Positions 44,713 to 53,401 of a stretch of 64,000 bases of DNA are shown piece after piece. Positions within the stretch are counted from its first letter, which is position 1. The number at the start of each line of letters is the position of its first letter. The stretch comes from Acidimicrobiales bacterium. Its GTDB lineage: Bacteria; Actinomycetota; Acidimicrobiia; Acidimicrobiales; SZUA-35. Under the pieces are notes generated by a model. That model was not told the DNA's origin, searched no databases, and saw only the letters and a list, made by a program, of their open reading frames with translations. The stretch spans positions 111,566-175,565 of the forward strand of contig JAHDCC010000001.1 of the NCBI GenBank assembly GCA_020630065.1, written 5' to 3'. A program made the translations under genes and the position numbers.

Positions 44713-47304
44713 TCAGGAAGATTTGTTCGGGCCTGAAAGTCGGAAGTTGTAGGGAAACGATCTCTGAGGCATCAGTTCACGATGACGTTTTTGTAGCGTC
44801 GTCAGCATCGACCGTTGGAGCCGTAAAGCGTGGGGCGTCGCAGTCTTCCAAAAGTGGAAGGCAGCGAGTCCGGCCGCTAATGATGCCAGCAACGCTATGA
44901 ACTGGTTCGTGTTTCGCGCTACGACTGGAAAAACTTGCCAGTGGGTTAAGTAGATGAATAGCGATGCCTGACCTATCGAAGTTATGACAGGTATTGTGAG
45001 TCTGGGAACCGGGATTTGACGTACCCAAACAATCATCAGCAGTCCGGCGCCGATCATCATAACTCGGCGATCGTTCGGGTAGAAGTCATAGACCGATACG
45101 ACGATGGTGGCTGAGACGAGCATGCGGTGCCAGACGTTCTTTGCTTGAGCTGACGCCCAGCCTGCGAAGAACGCCCAGAGGACTAGGGGAGTCCGAGCGC
45201 CTGTTCTGCCCATGTCTAGGACATCGAAGATTTCGTATCGTAACGCTATCGCCGGGATCATCAGACCTAACGCAAACGGGAACTGATGTTGGCGTTCGAA
45301 TCGGCGTACAGCGGGTAAGGCAAGAACTAGCGCAGCAACCACCAGGATTTGAACGAGAACGTCTATAAACCAATATCTCCACGAGGCATCCCATGTTCTG
45401 TCGCTCGTCCAGTTGTGCGTGAAGAAAAGATTCGAGAGTTGATACCGGTCGCTGAACAGTAAGAGACCGCCAATCCAGACAGCAGACGGAGCGACGACTC
45501 GAGCGATGACGGACCAATATTGGTTTGAATGGAGTTGAAACCGGGCAAAATTGAACCCAGCCACGCCGAGCAATATGTGCGCTCCGGCCGCTAACGATAC
45601 GAGGCCAATGTGGGTTGACACGATCGTGAGGATTGCGACCATCCGGAGCAACATTGTCACATCTATTTTGGCCCAATGCCGGGACTTTTTCTCGGCTGCT
45701 TTAAGCTGACTGATTGGTGTTGTCGCCCAGTCTGAGGGCAGTGGGCCGAGGCTCGCTTCCAGCGTTACCGCTGCTTCGATGTATGTTAGCGAGTCGCCGC
45801 CTAATGATACGAAGGTCTCGTGTGGCCCAACCGATTCACGATGCAGAACGGTCGCAAATATTGACGCTACATCGCTGTTTGGAAGATTTTCCGACCGAAC
45901 TGTAGCCGCCTTGTCTTCCGCTTCTTGAAGCAAGGTTTGGTAGTCGGTTTTCCCGTTGGGTAGGAGCGGTAGTTCTTTGTTGTGTGATGCTGAAATTTGA
46001 CCTATTGGAAGGCCTGTAAGATCTGAAACCGCTTGTTCGACATCGATGCCGGTCTCGTCGATGTAGGCGATATGGACCGATTGGTCGTTGCCTACCGCGG
46101 CGGATCGTATTCCTTGTTCGAAGAGCGAACTTTCGATTTGATCGAGGTCGATCCGTAGACCGAACGGTTTAACAAACCTGGATGTTCTACCCACTATTTC
46201 GTAGAAACCTGCCGAGTTTAGGCGCCCAATATCGCCGGTACGTAGATTGGATTTATCTTGTCCCGAGCTGAGGTCGGTTGGTGTTGAGGCGTAACCCATC
46301 ATGACGTTGTCGCCGCTAAATACTAGTTCGCCGGTGTCGGGCTCTGACGTGACCGAGGTGTCGAGAGTTAGTGATCCGCCGGGTATCGGTTGGCCTATGG
46401 CGGCTGGGTTTGATGCTGCATGTTCAGGTGGTAGGTACGCCATCCTGGCGGTCGCCTCGGTCTGGCCGTACATCACGTAAAAGTCCCACCCCGATTTGTT
46501 TCCCAGGTCGGCGTATTGACTGACTTTGTCGGCAGGGAGGCGCCCTCCGGCTTGGGTCACGTATCGAAGCGACGGGAGTTCTTTTTGTTCGAACCCAAGA
46601 TTGTCGAGTAGTGTGAAGGTGTGTGGTACACCTGCCAGTGATGTTACGTCATTGGCGCGGAACGTTTCCCAAAAGCAGTCGTCTAGTACCGAATTATGGT
46701 TTAGAACAATACTTGCCCCAGCGAGTAGATGACTGTTGATAACCGAGAGGCCGTAACAGTATTCCATCGGCAGTGTGGTGATTGCGCGGTCGCTAGGTGT
46801 GATGTTGAGATATTCGACGATTGCCTGTGCATTCGAGAAAAGGTTGCGGCGTGAGAGTCGGACGAGTTTAGGTGACCCAACCGAGCCTGATGTCGATAGA
46901 AGTACCGCCAACTCGGGGTGTAGCACATGATTGGTGCCGTTATGTCGTTCGTTTATGTGGGGCGAAACTGAGCTGCTTGTGTCGATTGTGATGTCGGGTT
47001 TGAACGTCGACGAAATCTTACTGGAGGCAGTGTCGGAGGGGCCTGATATGAGTACGGGGTGTTGTCCTGACAGGGCGGCTAGGTACCAGACGATCGAGTC
47101 GACGTTGTTGTTGACGACCAAATGGACAAGACGACGTACTGGACCTAACGTTTCGGCTGCGGTGTGAACTAGTTCGTTAAGCTGGTTCCAGCTTATGTGG
47201 GTTTCTCCGTCGACTAAGGCAGTTCGCGTCGATGATGGCAGGGCGAAGACCGGTTCTTCGGTGTTGTGCGGTCTTGTCTCGTGGCTGGTCCCGGTTGGTT
47301 CCAT
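44713..47304 (-). CDS. Tri-domain protein: adenylation (AMP-binding) domain, peptidyl/acyl carrier domain, and AT3-family integral membrane acyltransferase domain
   Basis: A-domain cores: LLSTSGSVGSPK, YGQTEAT, GELVFSGDNVMMGY, LRTGDIG, GRTSRFVKPFGLRIDLDQIE, LPNGKTDY. Carrier motif LGGDSL (Ser505). The C-terminal ~300 aa have about 10 TM helices and the AT3 N-terminal signature KIDVTMLLRMVAILTIVSTH. Confidence 0.85.
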   Translation of the reverse strand: MEPTGTSHETRPHNTEEPVFALPSSTRTALVDGETHISWNQLNELVHTAAETLGPVRRLVHLVVNNNVDSIVWYLAALSGQHPVLISGPSDTASSKISSTFKPDITIDTSSSVSPHINERHNGTNHVLHPELAVLLSTSGSVGSPKLVRLSRRNLFSNAQAIVEYLNITPSDRAITTLPMEYCYGLSVINSHLLAGASIVLNHNSVLDDCFWETFRANDVTSLAGVPHTFTLLDNLGFEQKELPSLRYVTQAGGRLPADKVSQYADLGNKSGWDFYVMYGQTEATARMAYLPPEHAASNPAAIGQPIPGGSLTLDTSVTSEPDTGELVFSGDNVMMGYASTPTDLSSGQDKSNLRTGDIGRLNSAGFYEIVGRTSRFVKPFGLRIDLDQIESSLFEQGIRSAAVGNDQSVHIAYIDETGIDVEQAVSDLTGLPIGQISASHNKELPLLPNGKTDYQTLLQEAEDKAATVRSENLPNSDVASIFATVLHRESVGPHETFVSLGGDSLTYIEAAVTLEASLGPLPSDWATTPISQLKAAEKKSRHWAKIDVTMLLRMVAILTIVSTHIGLVSLAAGAHILLGVAGFNFARFQLHSNQYWSVIARVVAPSAVWIGGLLLFSDRYQLSNLFFTHNWTSDRTWDASWRYWFIDVLVQILVVAALVLALPAVRRFERQHQFPFALGLMIPAIALRYEIFDVLDMGRTGARTPLVLWAFFAGWASAQAKNVWHRMLVSATIVVSVYDFYPNDRRVMMIGAGLLMIVWVRQIPVPRLTIPVITSIGQASLFIYLTHWQVFPVVARNTNQFIALLASLAAGLAAFHFWKTATPHALRLQRSMLTTLQKRHRELMPQRSFPYNFRLSGPNKSS

Positions 47305-47423
47305 TCCTCAATGTTAGGCAGCCTTAACTACTTAGGGGTGGAGATGTTTGTCACAGGCTGTCCCCCAAGCGCTCTATCGTCGGAACCCATGAATCGATTG
47401 CCTTGCGGCAGCGACAAAAGCAA

Positions 47424-47468
47424 AGCCCTGCAGTTATCGCCGCGGCAAGCGACGATAACTGCAGGGCT
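47424..47468 (-). terminator. Intrinsic terminator downstream of serC
   Basis: Perfect 16-bp stem AGCCCTGCAGTTATCG / CGATAACTGCAGGGCT with a 13-nt loop. On the minus strand it is followed by TTGCTTTTGT. Confidence 0.7.
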
Positions 47469-47495
47469 GAGTGAAGTCGGTTAGAAGAACTTGGT

Positions 47496-48578
47496 TTAAC
47501 TATTGGCTTTTTGGAACGAAGCCATGAAATCGACTAGCGTATCTACCGCTTCGTCAGGGAGTCCGTTGTAGATGCTGGCGCGGATACCACCGACCGAACG
47601 ATGACCCTTCAAGTTTGCCATATTGTGGTTGGCAGACTCGGCCAGAAACGCGGCCTCGAGTTCTGGTGAAGCCATCGTGAACACGATGTTTGTATGAGAG
47701 CGGTCAGCGACGTCGTTGGGGTTGATGTAAAACCCGTCGCTGTCGTCGATAGCGGCATAAAGCTTACCGGAACGCTGCGCAGCCCGTTCTTCCATCGCAG
47801 TGAGTCCACCAGCATCGTCGATCCAACGCAGCATCTTATTCATCGCCCAGATTGAAAACACTGGGGGAGTGTTAGACAGACTGTTGGCTTTAGCATGCGT
47901 CGCATACTTGAGATAATTTGGCATTTCGGTTGGGGCAGAGTCGATAACACTCTGACGCACCATCACGACAGTTACCCCAGCAGGCCCGGCATTCTTTTGG
48001 GCACCTCCGTAAACGATGTCGAACCGATCCCAAGGAATTGGCCTGCTCAGCAGCTCTGAAGACATATCAGCCACCGTCGGTACGCCGTAATCTGCGAACT
48101 CGGCCATTCGAATACCGCCGATAGTTTCGTTAGAAACGAGGTGAACGTAACTGGTGTTGTCCTCAACGGCTACTTCATCAGGAGACGGCATTCGAGTGAA
48201 GTTGACGTCCTCGCCACTCCACGCAACGTAGGCATCGCCGATCACTTTTGCATCGGCAATCGCTTTCTTGGCCCATGCACCTGAGTTGATGTAGGCGGCT
48301 CGTTTCCCCGGAGCGAGAGCGTTAAGAGGGGCCATAGCGTACTGCAGCGACGCTCCGCCTTGTAAAAGAAGAACTGAGACATCGTCTGGCATTTCATATA
48401 GCTCTTTGAGTCGGTTTACCGTGTCGTCATGAACCTCGGAGTATTCGGGACTGCGATGACTCATCTCTACAAGCGACATGCCAGCATCGTTGAAATCTGG
48501 CAGCTCGGCTCCGAGCTCGTTGACCACCGATGTGGGCAGGGTGCAAGGGCCTGGAGAAAAGTTAAATACGCGAGTCAT
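47496..48578 (-). CDS. serC: Phosphoserine aminotransferase
   Basis: FNFSPGPCTLP N-terminus, GGAQKNAGPAGVTVV (PLP-Lys region) and HRSVGGIRASIYN. ATG 48578 was chosen (AAAGGAA upstream) over the extended 48701 start. Confidence 0.92.
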   Translation of the reverse strand: MTRVFNFSPGPCTLPTSVVNELGAELPDFNDAGMSLVEMSHRSPEYSEVHDDTVNRLKELYEMPDDVSVLLLQGGASLQYAMAPLNALAPGKRAAYINSGAWAKKAIADAKVIGDAYVAWSGEDVNFTRMPSPDEVAVEDNTSYVHLVSNETIGGIRMAEFADYGVPTVADMSSELLSRPIPWDRFDIVYGGAQKNAGPAGVTVVMVRQSVIDSAPTEMPNYLKYATHAKANSLSNTPPVFSIWAMNKMLRWIDDAGGLTAMEERAAQRSGKLYAAIDDSDGFYINPNDVADRSHTNIVFTMASPELEAAFLAESANHNMANLKGHRSVGGIRASIYNGLPDEAVDTLVDFMASFQKANS

Positions 48579-48723
48579 GTGACGATCAGTTCCTTTTGTT
48601 CTTCGGGCCTCGTATCTGTCGGGGGAGTGCTTTGAGGACCCGGACCACATTGTAGGCAGCTCGTAGAGGCTTGTTGCCCAAATAACCGTTTTAGACCACA
48701 CACCGCTTGGCCGATACGCTCAG

Positions 48724-49266
48724 ATGTCTCACCAGAGAGTAAATAAAGCCACTAAGAAGCCTCTAGAAGATGGCACACTACACACTATGGATAATGGCCT
48801 ACAAGCAAAGATAATTACCGTTTCGGACGGCGTGATTGCAGGAACCCGGCAGGACGCGTCCGGCGATGCGGTGGCTGCATTGCTCGAAAAGTCGAGATGG
48901 TCGGTAGTCGATCGCCGACAAATAGCTGACGGTGTCGATTCTGTCCGTGATTGTCTCATCGAACTCGCTGAAGGATTCAACGGCCTGATCGTTACCACCG
49001 GCGGCACAGGCTTCGGTCCTCGAGACCTGACCCCCGAAGGTACGAAGGAAGCGCTTGAGCGAGAAGCCCCTGGCATAGCCGAAGCCATGCGTCTCGCGAA
49101 CCCGAAAGGCCTCGGACGTCTCAGCCGAGCGATCGCGGGGACTCGGGGAGCCGCCTTGATCCTCAACACGCCAGGCTCAACCAAAGGCACCGTCGAAACG
49201 TTAGAAGCAGTCATTGGTGTAGCCCCTCACGCCGTCAGCCTTCTAGCAGGCCACCAGCCACACTGA
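48724..49266 (+). CDS. MogA/MoaB-family molybdenum cofactor biosynthesis protein
   Basis: ITVSDGV...D.SGD and TTGGTGFGPRDLTPE motifs. The start could instead be ATG 48787. Confidence 0.8.
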   Translation: MSHQRVNKATKKPLEDGTLHTMDNGLQAKIITVSDGVIAGTRQDASGDAVAALLEKSRWSVVDRRQIADGVDSVRDCLIELAEGFNGLIVTTGGTGFGPRDLTPEGTKEALEREAPGIAEAMRLANPKGLGRLSRAIAGTRGAALILNTPGSTKGTVETLEAVIGVAPHAVSLLAGHQPH

Positions 49267-50300
49267 TGGCTAGCGACGTCCAACAGGACATTGCCCAAAC
49301 GTCCGACATCGACTTGATGGAAACCGCGATAGCTCAGGCAGAACATGCCCGACTTCTCGCACCCCCAAACCCGTGGGTGGGTGCAAGTCTCGTGACGCAG
49401 AACGGCTCGGTTTTTGTGGGGTACACCCAGCGGCCCGGCAACGACCATGCAGAGCGGGTTGCCCTCCGCAGGGCAGGCGATGCGGCGAGGGGAGCCACAC
49501 TGTATGTGACCCTCGAACCCTGCAGCCACCACGGCCGCACACCTCCTTGTGTAGACGCAATCATCGACAGTTCAGTCAGTCGTGTCGTCGTCGCCGTTGT
49601 AGACCCCGATCAACGAGTGTCTGGTGCCGGAATCGAACACCTCCGACAAGCCGGCATCGATGTCGAAGTTGGTGTGTGCGCACAACGGGTCGAACAACAA
49701 CTCGCCCCATATCTTCACCATCGACGGACCGGTCTGCCATATGTGGTCTTGAAGTCCGCCGCCACCCTCGACGGCCAAACCGCGGCCCCCGACCAGACCA
49801 GTCAATGGATCACTGGCCCTGAAGCTCGTAAAGACGCCCATCGTCTTCGCGCCGAAAGCGACGCCATTATCGTTGGTGCAGGCACCGTTCGTGCTGACAA
49901 CCCACGTTTAACGGTCAGAGACGTGTTCGCCGTTGACGGCAAAGCTCCGAGACAGCCTGTTAGGGTAGTCCTTGGTGCCGCCCCACCAAATGCCGCCGTG
50001 CGTCCTTGTGTTGAACGTGGCGGACCGATCGACGAAGTTCTTGAGCAGTTAGGCAAAGACGGCGTAGTCTCCGTTTTGGTGGAAGGCGGAGCACACGTTG
50101 CGTCGCAGTTCCACCACGCCGGAGTTGTCAATCGTTACGTGGTCTATGTAGCGCCCGTCTTCATGGGAGGCAATGATGGCAAAACAATCTTTTCCGGTTC
50201 TGGCGCCGGCACGATAAGCGACGTTTTTCGCGGCACACTGGACGGGGTACAACAACTAGGAAACGACGTTCGGATCGACATAGTCCCAACGTCGTCGTAA
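49266..50300 (+). CDS. ribD: Bifunctional riboflavin biosynthesis deaminase/reductase RibD
   Basis: HAERVAL, TLEPCSHHGRTPPC and a C-terminal reductase domain. TGATG overlap with the preceding gene. Confidence 0.92.
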   Translation: MASDVQQDIAQTSDIDLMETAIAQAEHARLLAPPNPWVGASLVTQNGSVFVGYTQRPGNDHAERVALRRAGDAARGATLYVTLEPCSHHGRTPPCVDAIIDSSVSRVVVAVVDPDQRVSGAGIEHLRQAGIDVEVGVCAQRVEQQLAPYLHHRRTGLPYVVLKSAATLDGQTAAPDQTSQWITGPEARKDAHRLRAESDAIIVGAGTVRADNPRLTVRDVFAVDGKAPRQPVRVVLGAAPPNAAVRPCVERGGPIDEVLEQLGKDGVVSVLVEGGAHVASQFHHAGVVNRYVVYVAPVFMGGNDGKTIFSGSGAGTISDVFRGTLDGVQQLGNDVRIDIVPTSS

Positions 50301-50311
50301 GACGAGGTCTG

Positions 50312-50893
50312 ATGTTTACCGGGATAGTAGAGGAACGTGGCACCGTAGCCAGTCGTGAAGGGGCAAAGCTACGTCTCTCATGCCAAAAAGTTCTTGAAGA
50401 CGTTGAGTTAGGGGCCTCGATAGCGGTCAATGGTTGTTGTCTAACAGTGGTCACCTGGGACGCTTCGGAAGGCTGGTTCGAAGCCGATGTTACCGAAGAG
50501 TCGTACAGCCGGACTCAGTTAGGTGACCTGGAGCCCGGCGACTACGTCAACCTCGAACGCCCAGTTCGGCTCATGGACCGGCTTGGAGGTCATCTTGTGC
50601 AGGGCCACGTCGACGCAGTCGGTGAAATCGTTGACCCGGTTCCGAACCTTCGAGTACGAGTTTCAGCAGACATCCACCGATACCTGGTTGAGAAAGGTTC
50701 TGTCACGATCGACGGCGTTTCGCTGACAGTCGTAAAACCTGAAGTCGATACCTTTACCGTTGCCGTGATACCTCACACGTCTGATGTTACGACGCTAGGA
50801 GTTAAAGAAAAGGGCGATCGAGTAAACATTGAGATCGATGTAATGGCTAAGTACGCCGAGCGTCTACTAGCCGGATATAAAGGCGAGGCATAA
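50312..50893 (+). CDS. ribE: Riboflavin synthase (alpha chain)
   Basis: MFTGIVEE, SIAVNGCCLTV and the repeated lumazine-binding half (TIDGVSLTV). Confidence 0.9.
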   Translation: MFTGIVEERGTVASREGAKLRLSCQKVLEDVELGASIAVNGCCLTVVTWDASEGWFEADVTEESYSRTQLGDLEPGDYVNLERPVRLMDRLGGHLVQGHVDAVGEIVDPVPNLRVRVSADIHRYLVEKGSVTIDGVSLTVVKPEVDTFTVAVIPHTSDVTTLGVKEKGDRVNIEIDVMAKYAERLLAGYKGEA

Positions 50894-50895
50894 CG

Positions 50896-52167
50896 ATGAA
50901 CGAACAAAACAAGCAACCTCGAACGTCGTCGTTCGACCCGATCGAAGACGCTATCGCCGCCATTGGCCGGGGCGAGATTATCGTCGTCGTCGACGACGAA
51001 GATCGAGAAAACGAAGGCGACCTCATCATGGCGGCCGAGTTCGCCACCGAGGAAACGATCGCATTTTTTGTGAACCACACGTCCGGCCTGATCTGCACAC
51101 CAATTACTGAACAGCGTGCCGACGAACTAGACCTACCGCTAATGGTCGAACGAAACACCGAAATTCTACGCACCGCGTTCACCGTCTCTATCGATTTGGC
51201 AGAGGGTACCTCGACCGGGATCTCTGCCGCTGATCGCGCTATGACGATACGTTCACTCGTCGACGACTCGGTCTCATCCAGCGACTACAACCGGCCAGGA
51301 CACATTTTCCCTCTTCGAGCTCGACCCGGTGGCGTGTTAAAACGGGCGGGACACACCGAAGCCGCACTCGACCTCGCCCAGATGGCAGGTCTGTCCGCAG
51401 GTGGTGTGTTGTGTGAGGTCGTCAACCCTGATGGCACGATGGCTAGAGTTCCCGACCTGTTGAAGTTCTGTGAAGAACACAACCTGGTGATGATCTCAAT
51501 CGCAGATCTGATCCGCTATCGAAGGCAAAGTGAGAAACTGGTAGAGCAGGTGTCGCATGCTACCATCCCGACCCGTCACGGTGACTTTAGGGCCGTCGTA
51601 TACGAATCAACCCTGGACACCGAACAACACGTCGCTTTTGTGATGGGCGAACCTTCCGACGCTGAAAATCTGCTCGTTCGTGTTCATTCAGAGTGCCTGA
51701 CCGGCGACATTTTTGGATCTCTACGCTGTGACTGTGGACCACAACTCGAACTAGCACTAGAACTCATTGCCAAAGAGGGCCAGGGCGTACTGGTCTATCT
51801 TCGTGGGCATGAGGGTCGCGGTATCGGTATCGGTCACAAGATGCGGGCATATAACCTGCAAGACTCTGGACTCGACACCGTTGATGCCAACTTAGAACTT
51901 GGTCTGCCTGCCGATAGCCGAGAATACGGAATTGGGGCCCAAATACTGGTTGACCTTGGGGTAACATCGATTCGTTTAATTACGAATAATCCCGCCAAAT
52001 ACGGTGGGCTTGACGGTTACGGCCTACGCATCGTTGACCGGGTACCGATCGAGACAGAACCAACCGACGAGAACCTTACCTATCTCAAAACGAAACGTGA
52101 ACGAATGGGTCACTTATTGAGCTTCGACGACGATACGGCGACGTCCAACCAGCCGGATGGAAAATAG
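50896..52167 (+). CDS. ribBA: Bifunctional 3,4-dihydroxy-2-butanone-4-phosphate synthase / GTP cyclohydrolase II
   Basis: DDEDRENEGDLI, RPGHIFPL, HSECLTGD..CDCG and GHEGRGIG. Confidence 0.93.
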   Translation: MNEQNKQPRTSSFDPIEDAIAAIGRGEIIVVVDDEDRENEGDLIMAAEFATEETIAFFVNHTSGLICTPITEQRADELDLPLMVERNTEILRTAFTVSIDLAEGTSTGISAADRAMTIRSLVDDSVSSSDYNRPGHIFPLRARPGGVLKRAGHTEAALDLAQMAGLSAGGVLCEVVNPDGTMARVPDLLKFCEEHNLVMISIADLIRYRRQSEKLVEQVSHATIPTRHGDFRAVVYESTLDTEQHVAFVMGEPSDAENLLVRVHSECLTGDIFGSLRCDCGPQLELALELIAKEGQGVLVYLRGHEGRGIGIGHKMRAYNLQDSGLDTVDANLELGLPADSREYGIGAQILVDLGVTSIRLITNNPAKYGGLDGYGLRIVDRVPIETEPTDENLTYLKTKRERMGHLLSFDDDTATSNQPDGK

Positions 52168-52205
52168 TCGACGTAACCGCTGTCGATTCCGCTACCGTTC
52201 ATTCA

Positions 52206-53084
52206 ATGCTCAAAATCGTTCTACCTAAAGGTTCGCTCGAAAAAGCGACGATGGCGTTATTCGAATCTGCGGATCTAGCGGTTCATCGTTCTTCTTCGGT
52301 TCAGTATTCGGCGACTATCAACGACCCTCGGGTAGACGATGTTCGTATTCTTCGCCCTCAAGAAATACCAATCTACGTCGCCGAAGGAATGTTTGACGTC
52401 GGTATCACCGGGCGGGACTGGATCGAGGAAACATCCAGCGACGTTGTTTCGATGGGTGAGCTGAAGTATTCAAAGGTGACAGCCAAACCAGTTCGGATTG
52501 TGGTTGCGGTAAAAGAGGACTCGCCGATCGAATCGGTGTCCGATCTTCCTAACGGAGTACGAGTCTCAACCGAATACCCAAACCTAACAAAGCGCTACTT
52601 CGCAGATCAGGGTGTCGACGCCGACATTCGCCTGTCCTACGGAGCGACCGAAGCGAAAGTCCCAGATATCGTCGACGTCGCCGTCGATATCACCGAAACC
52701 GGTCGAGCGCTTAGAGCCGCCGGTCTGCGTATCGTCGACACGATCCTAACCAGCTACACCGAGTTCGTAGTCAACCCTCAAGCGTACGAAAACGAAGAAA
52801 AGCGCCACGCTCTGGAACAGATTCTAACCTTGCTGCAAGGTACCTTGACCGCCCGGACACAGGTCCTGGTCAAGCTCAACGTGGCCGATGCGGTCACACG
52901 AGACAAGGTAATCGGCCAGCTTCCGTCAATGATGTCACCGACGGTCAACGAACTCTACAACGGTGCGGGTTTTGCTATCGAGACCGTCGTTGCCAAAAAC
53001 GAGATCAACATCCTGATCCCGAACCTGAAAGATGCCGGAGCGACCGATATTATCGAGCTTCCTCTTTCAAAGATCATCGAATAA
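52206..53084 (+). CDS. hisG: ATP phosphoribosyltransferase (long form)
   Basis: LKIVLPKGSLE, DVGITGRDW, ITETGRAL and a C-terminal regulatory domain. Confidence 0.92.
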   Translation: MLKIVLPKGSLEKATMALFESADLAVHRSSSVQYSATINDPRVDDVRILRPQEIPIYVAEGMFDVGITGRDWIEETSSDVVSMGELKYSKVTAKPVRIVVAVKEDSPIESVSDLPNGVRVSTEYPNLTKRYFADQGVDADIRLSYGATEAKVPDIVDVAVDITETGRALRAAGLRIVDTILTSYTEFVVNPQAYENEEKRHALEQILTLLQGTLTARTQVLVKLNVADAVTRDKVIGQLPSMMSPTVNELYNGAGFAIETVVAKNEINILIPNLKDAGATDIIELPLSKIIE

Positions 53085-53088
53085 GACT

Positions 53089-53328
53089 ATGGAAAACGTC
53101 CTCGCTCCGACAGTTATCGGCGCTCGCAACACCGGAACGGTAGCGAGGTTCGATGTTGATGAAGGGCTCGGCGACGTCGAGGTTAGTTCCGGTGTGCAAT
53201 GGATGTTCCATTGCACCGAAATTGCCGACGGTTCGCGAGATATCGACGAAGGTACCAAAGTTACTTTCGTTATCCGGGCTGGCGCTCCGGGACGGTGGGA
53301 AGCCTTCGACATACGGCCCGTAATCTAG
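53089..53328 (+). CDS. Cold-shock-domain-like small protein (79 aa)
   Basis: GTVARFDVDEGLGDV...FHCTEIADGSRDIDEGTKVTF matches the actinobacterial CSD-like family. ATG 53089 was chosen, 4 nt after the hisG stop. Confidence 0.7.
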   Translation: MENVLAPTVIGARNTGTVARFDVDEGLGDVEVSSGVQWMFHCTEIADGSRDIDEGTKVTFVIRAGAPGRWEAFDIRPVI

Positions 53329-53401
53329 GTCAACAATAGACGCGTCGTAGAGACGTCGATTCTAGAACTTAAGAGCGTGTGTTGTCGGCCGATAGTAACT
53401 G

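Noticed and set aside
44590-44745. 51-codon plus-strand ORF (MIDDGAVTLHQQNDNDG...) between the IS110 element and the A-PCP-AT3 gene
   Set aside because: It has no convincing SD and no recognisable motif, and its 3' end overlaps the convergent gene. It could equally be non-coding IS or intergenic sequence.
48579-48723. FMN riboswitch expected upstream of the rib genes
   Set aside because: None of the conserved FMN-element sequence blocks is visible by eye. A covariance-model scan would be needed for certainty.
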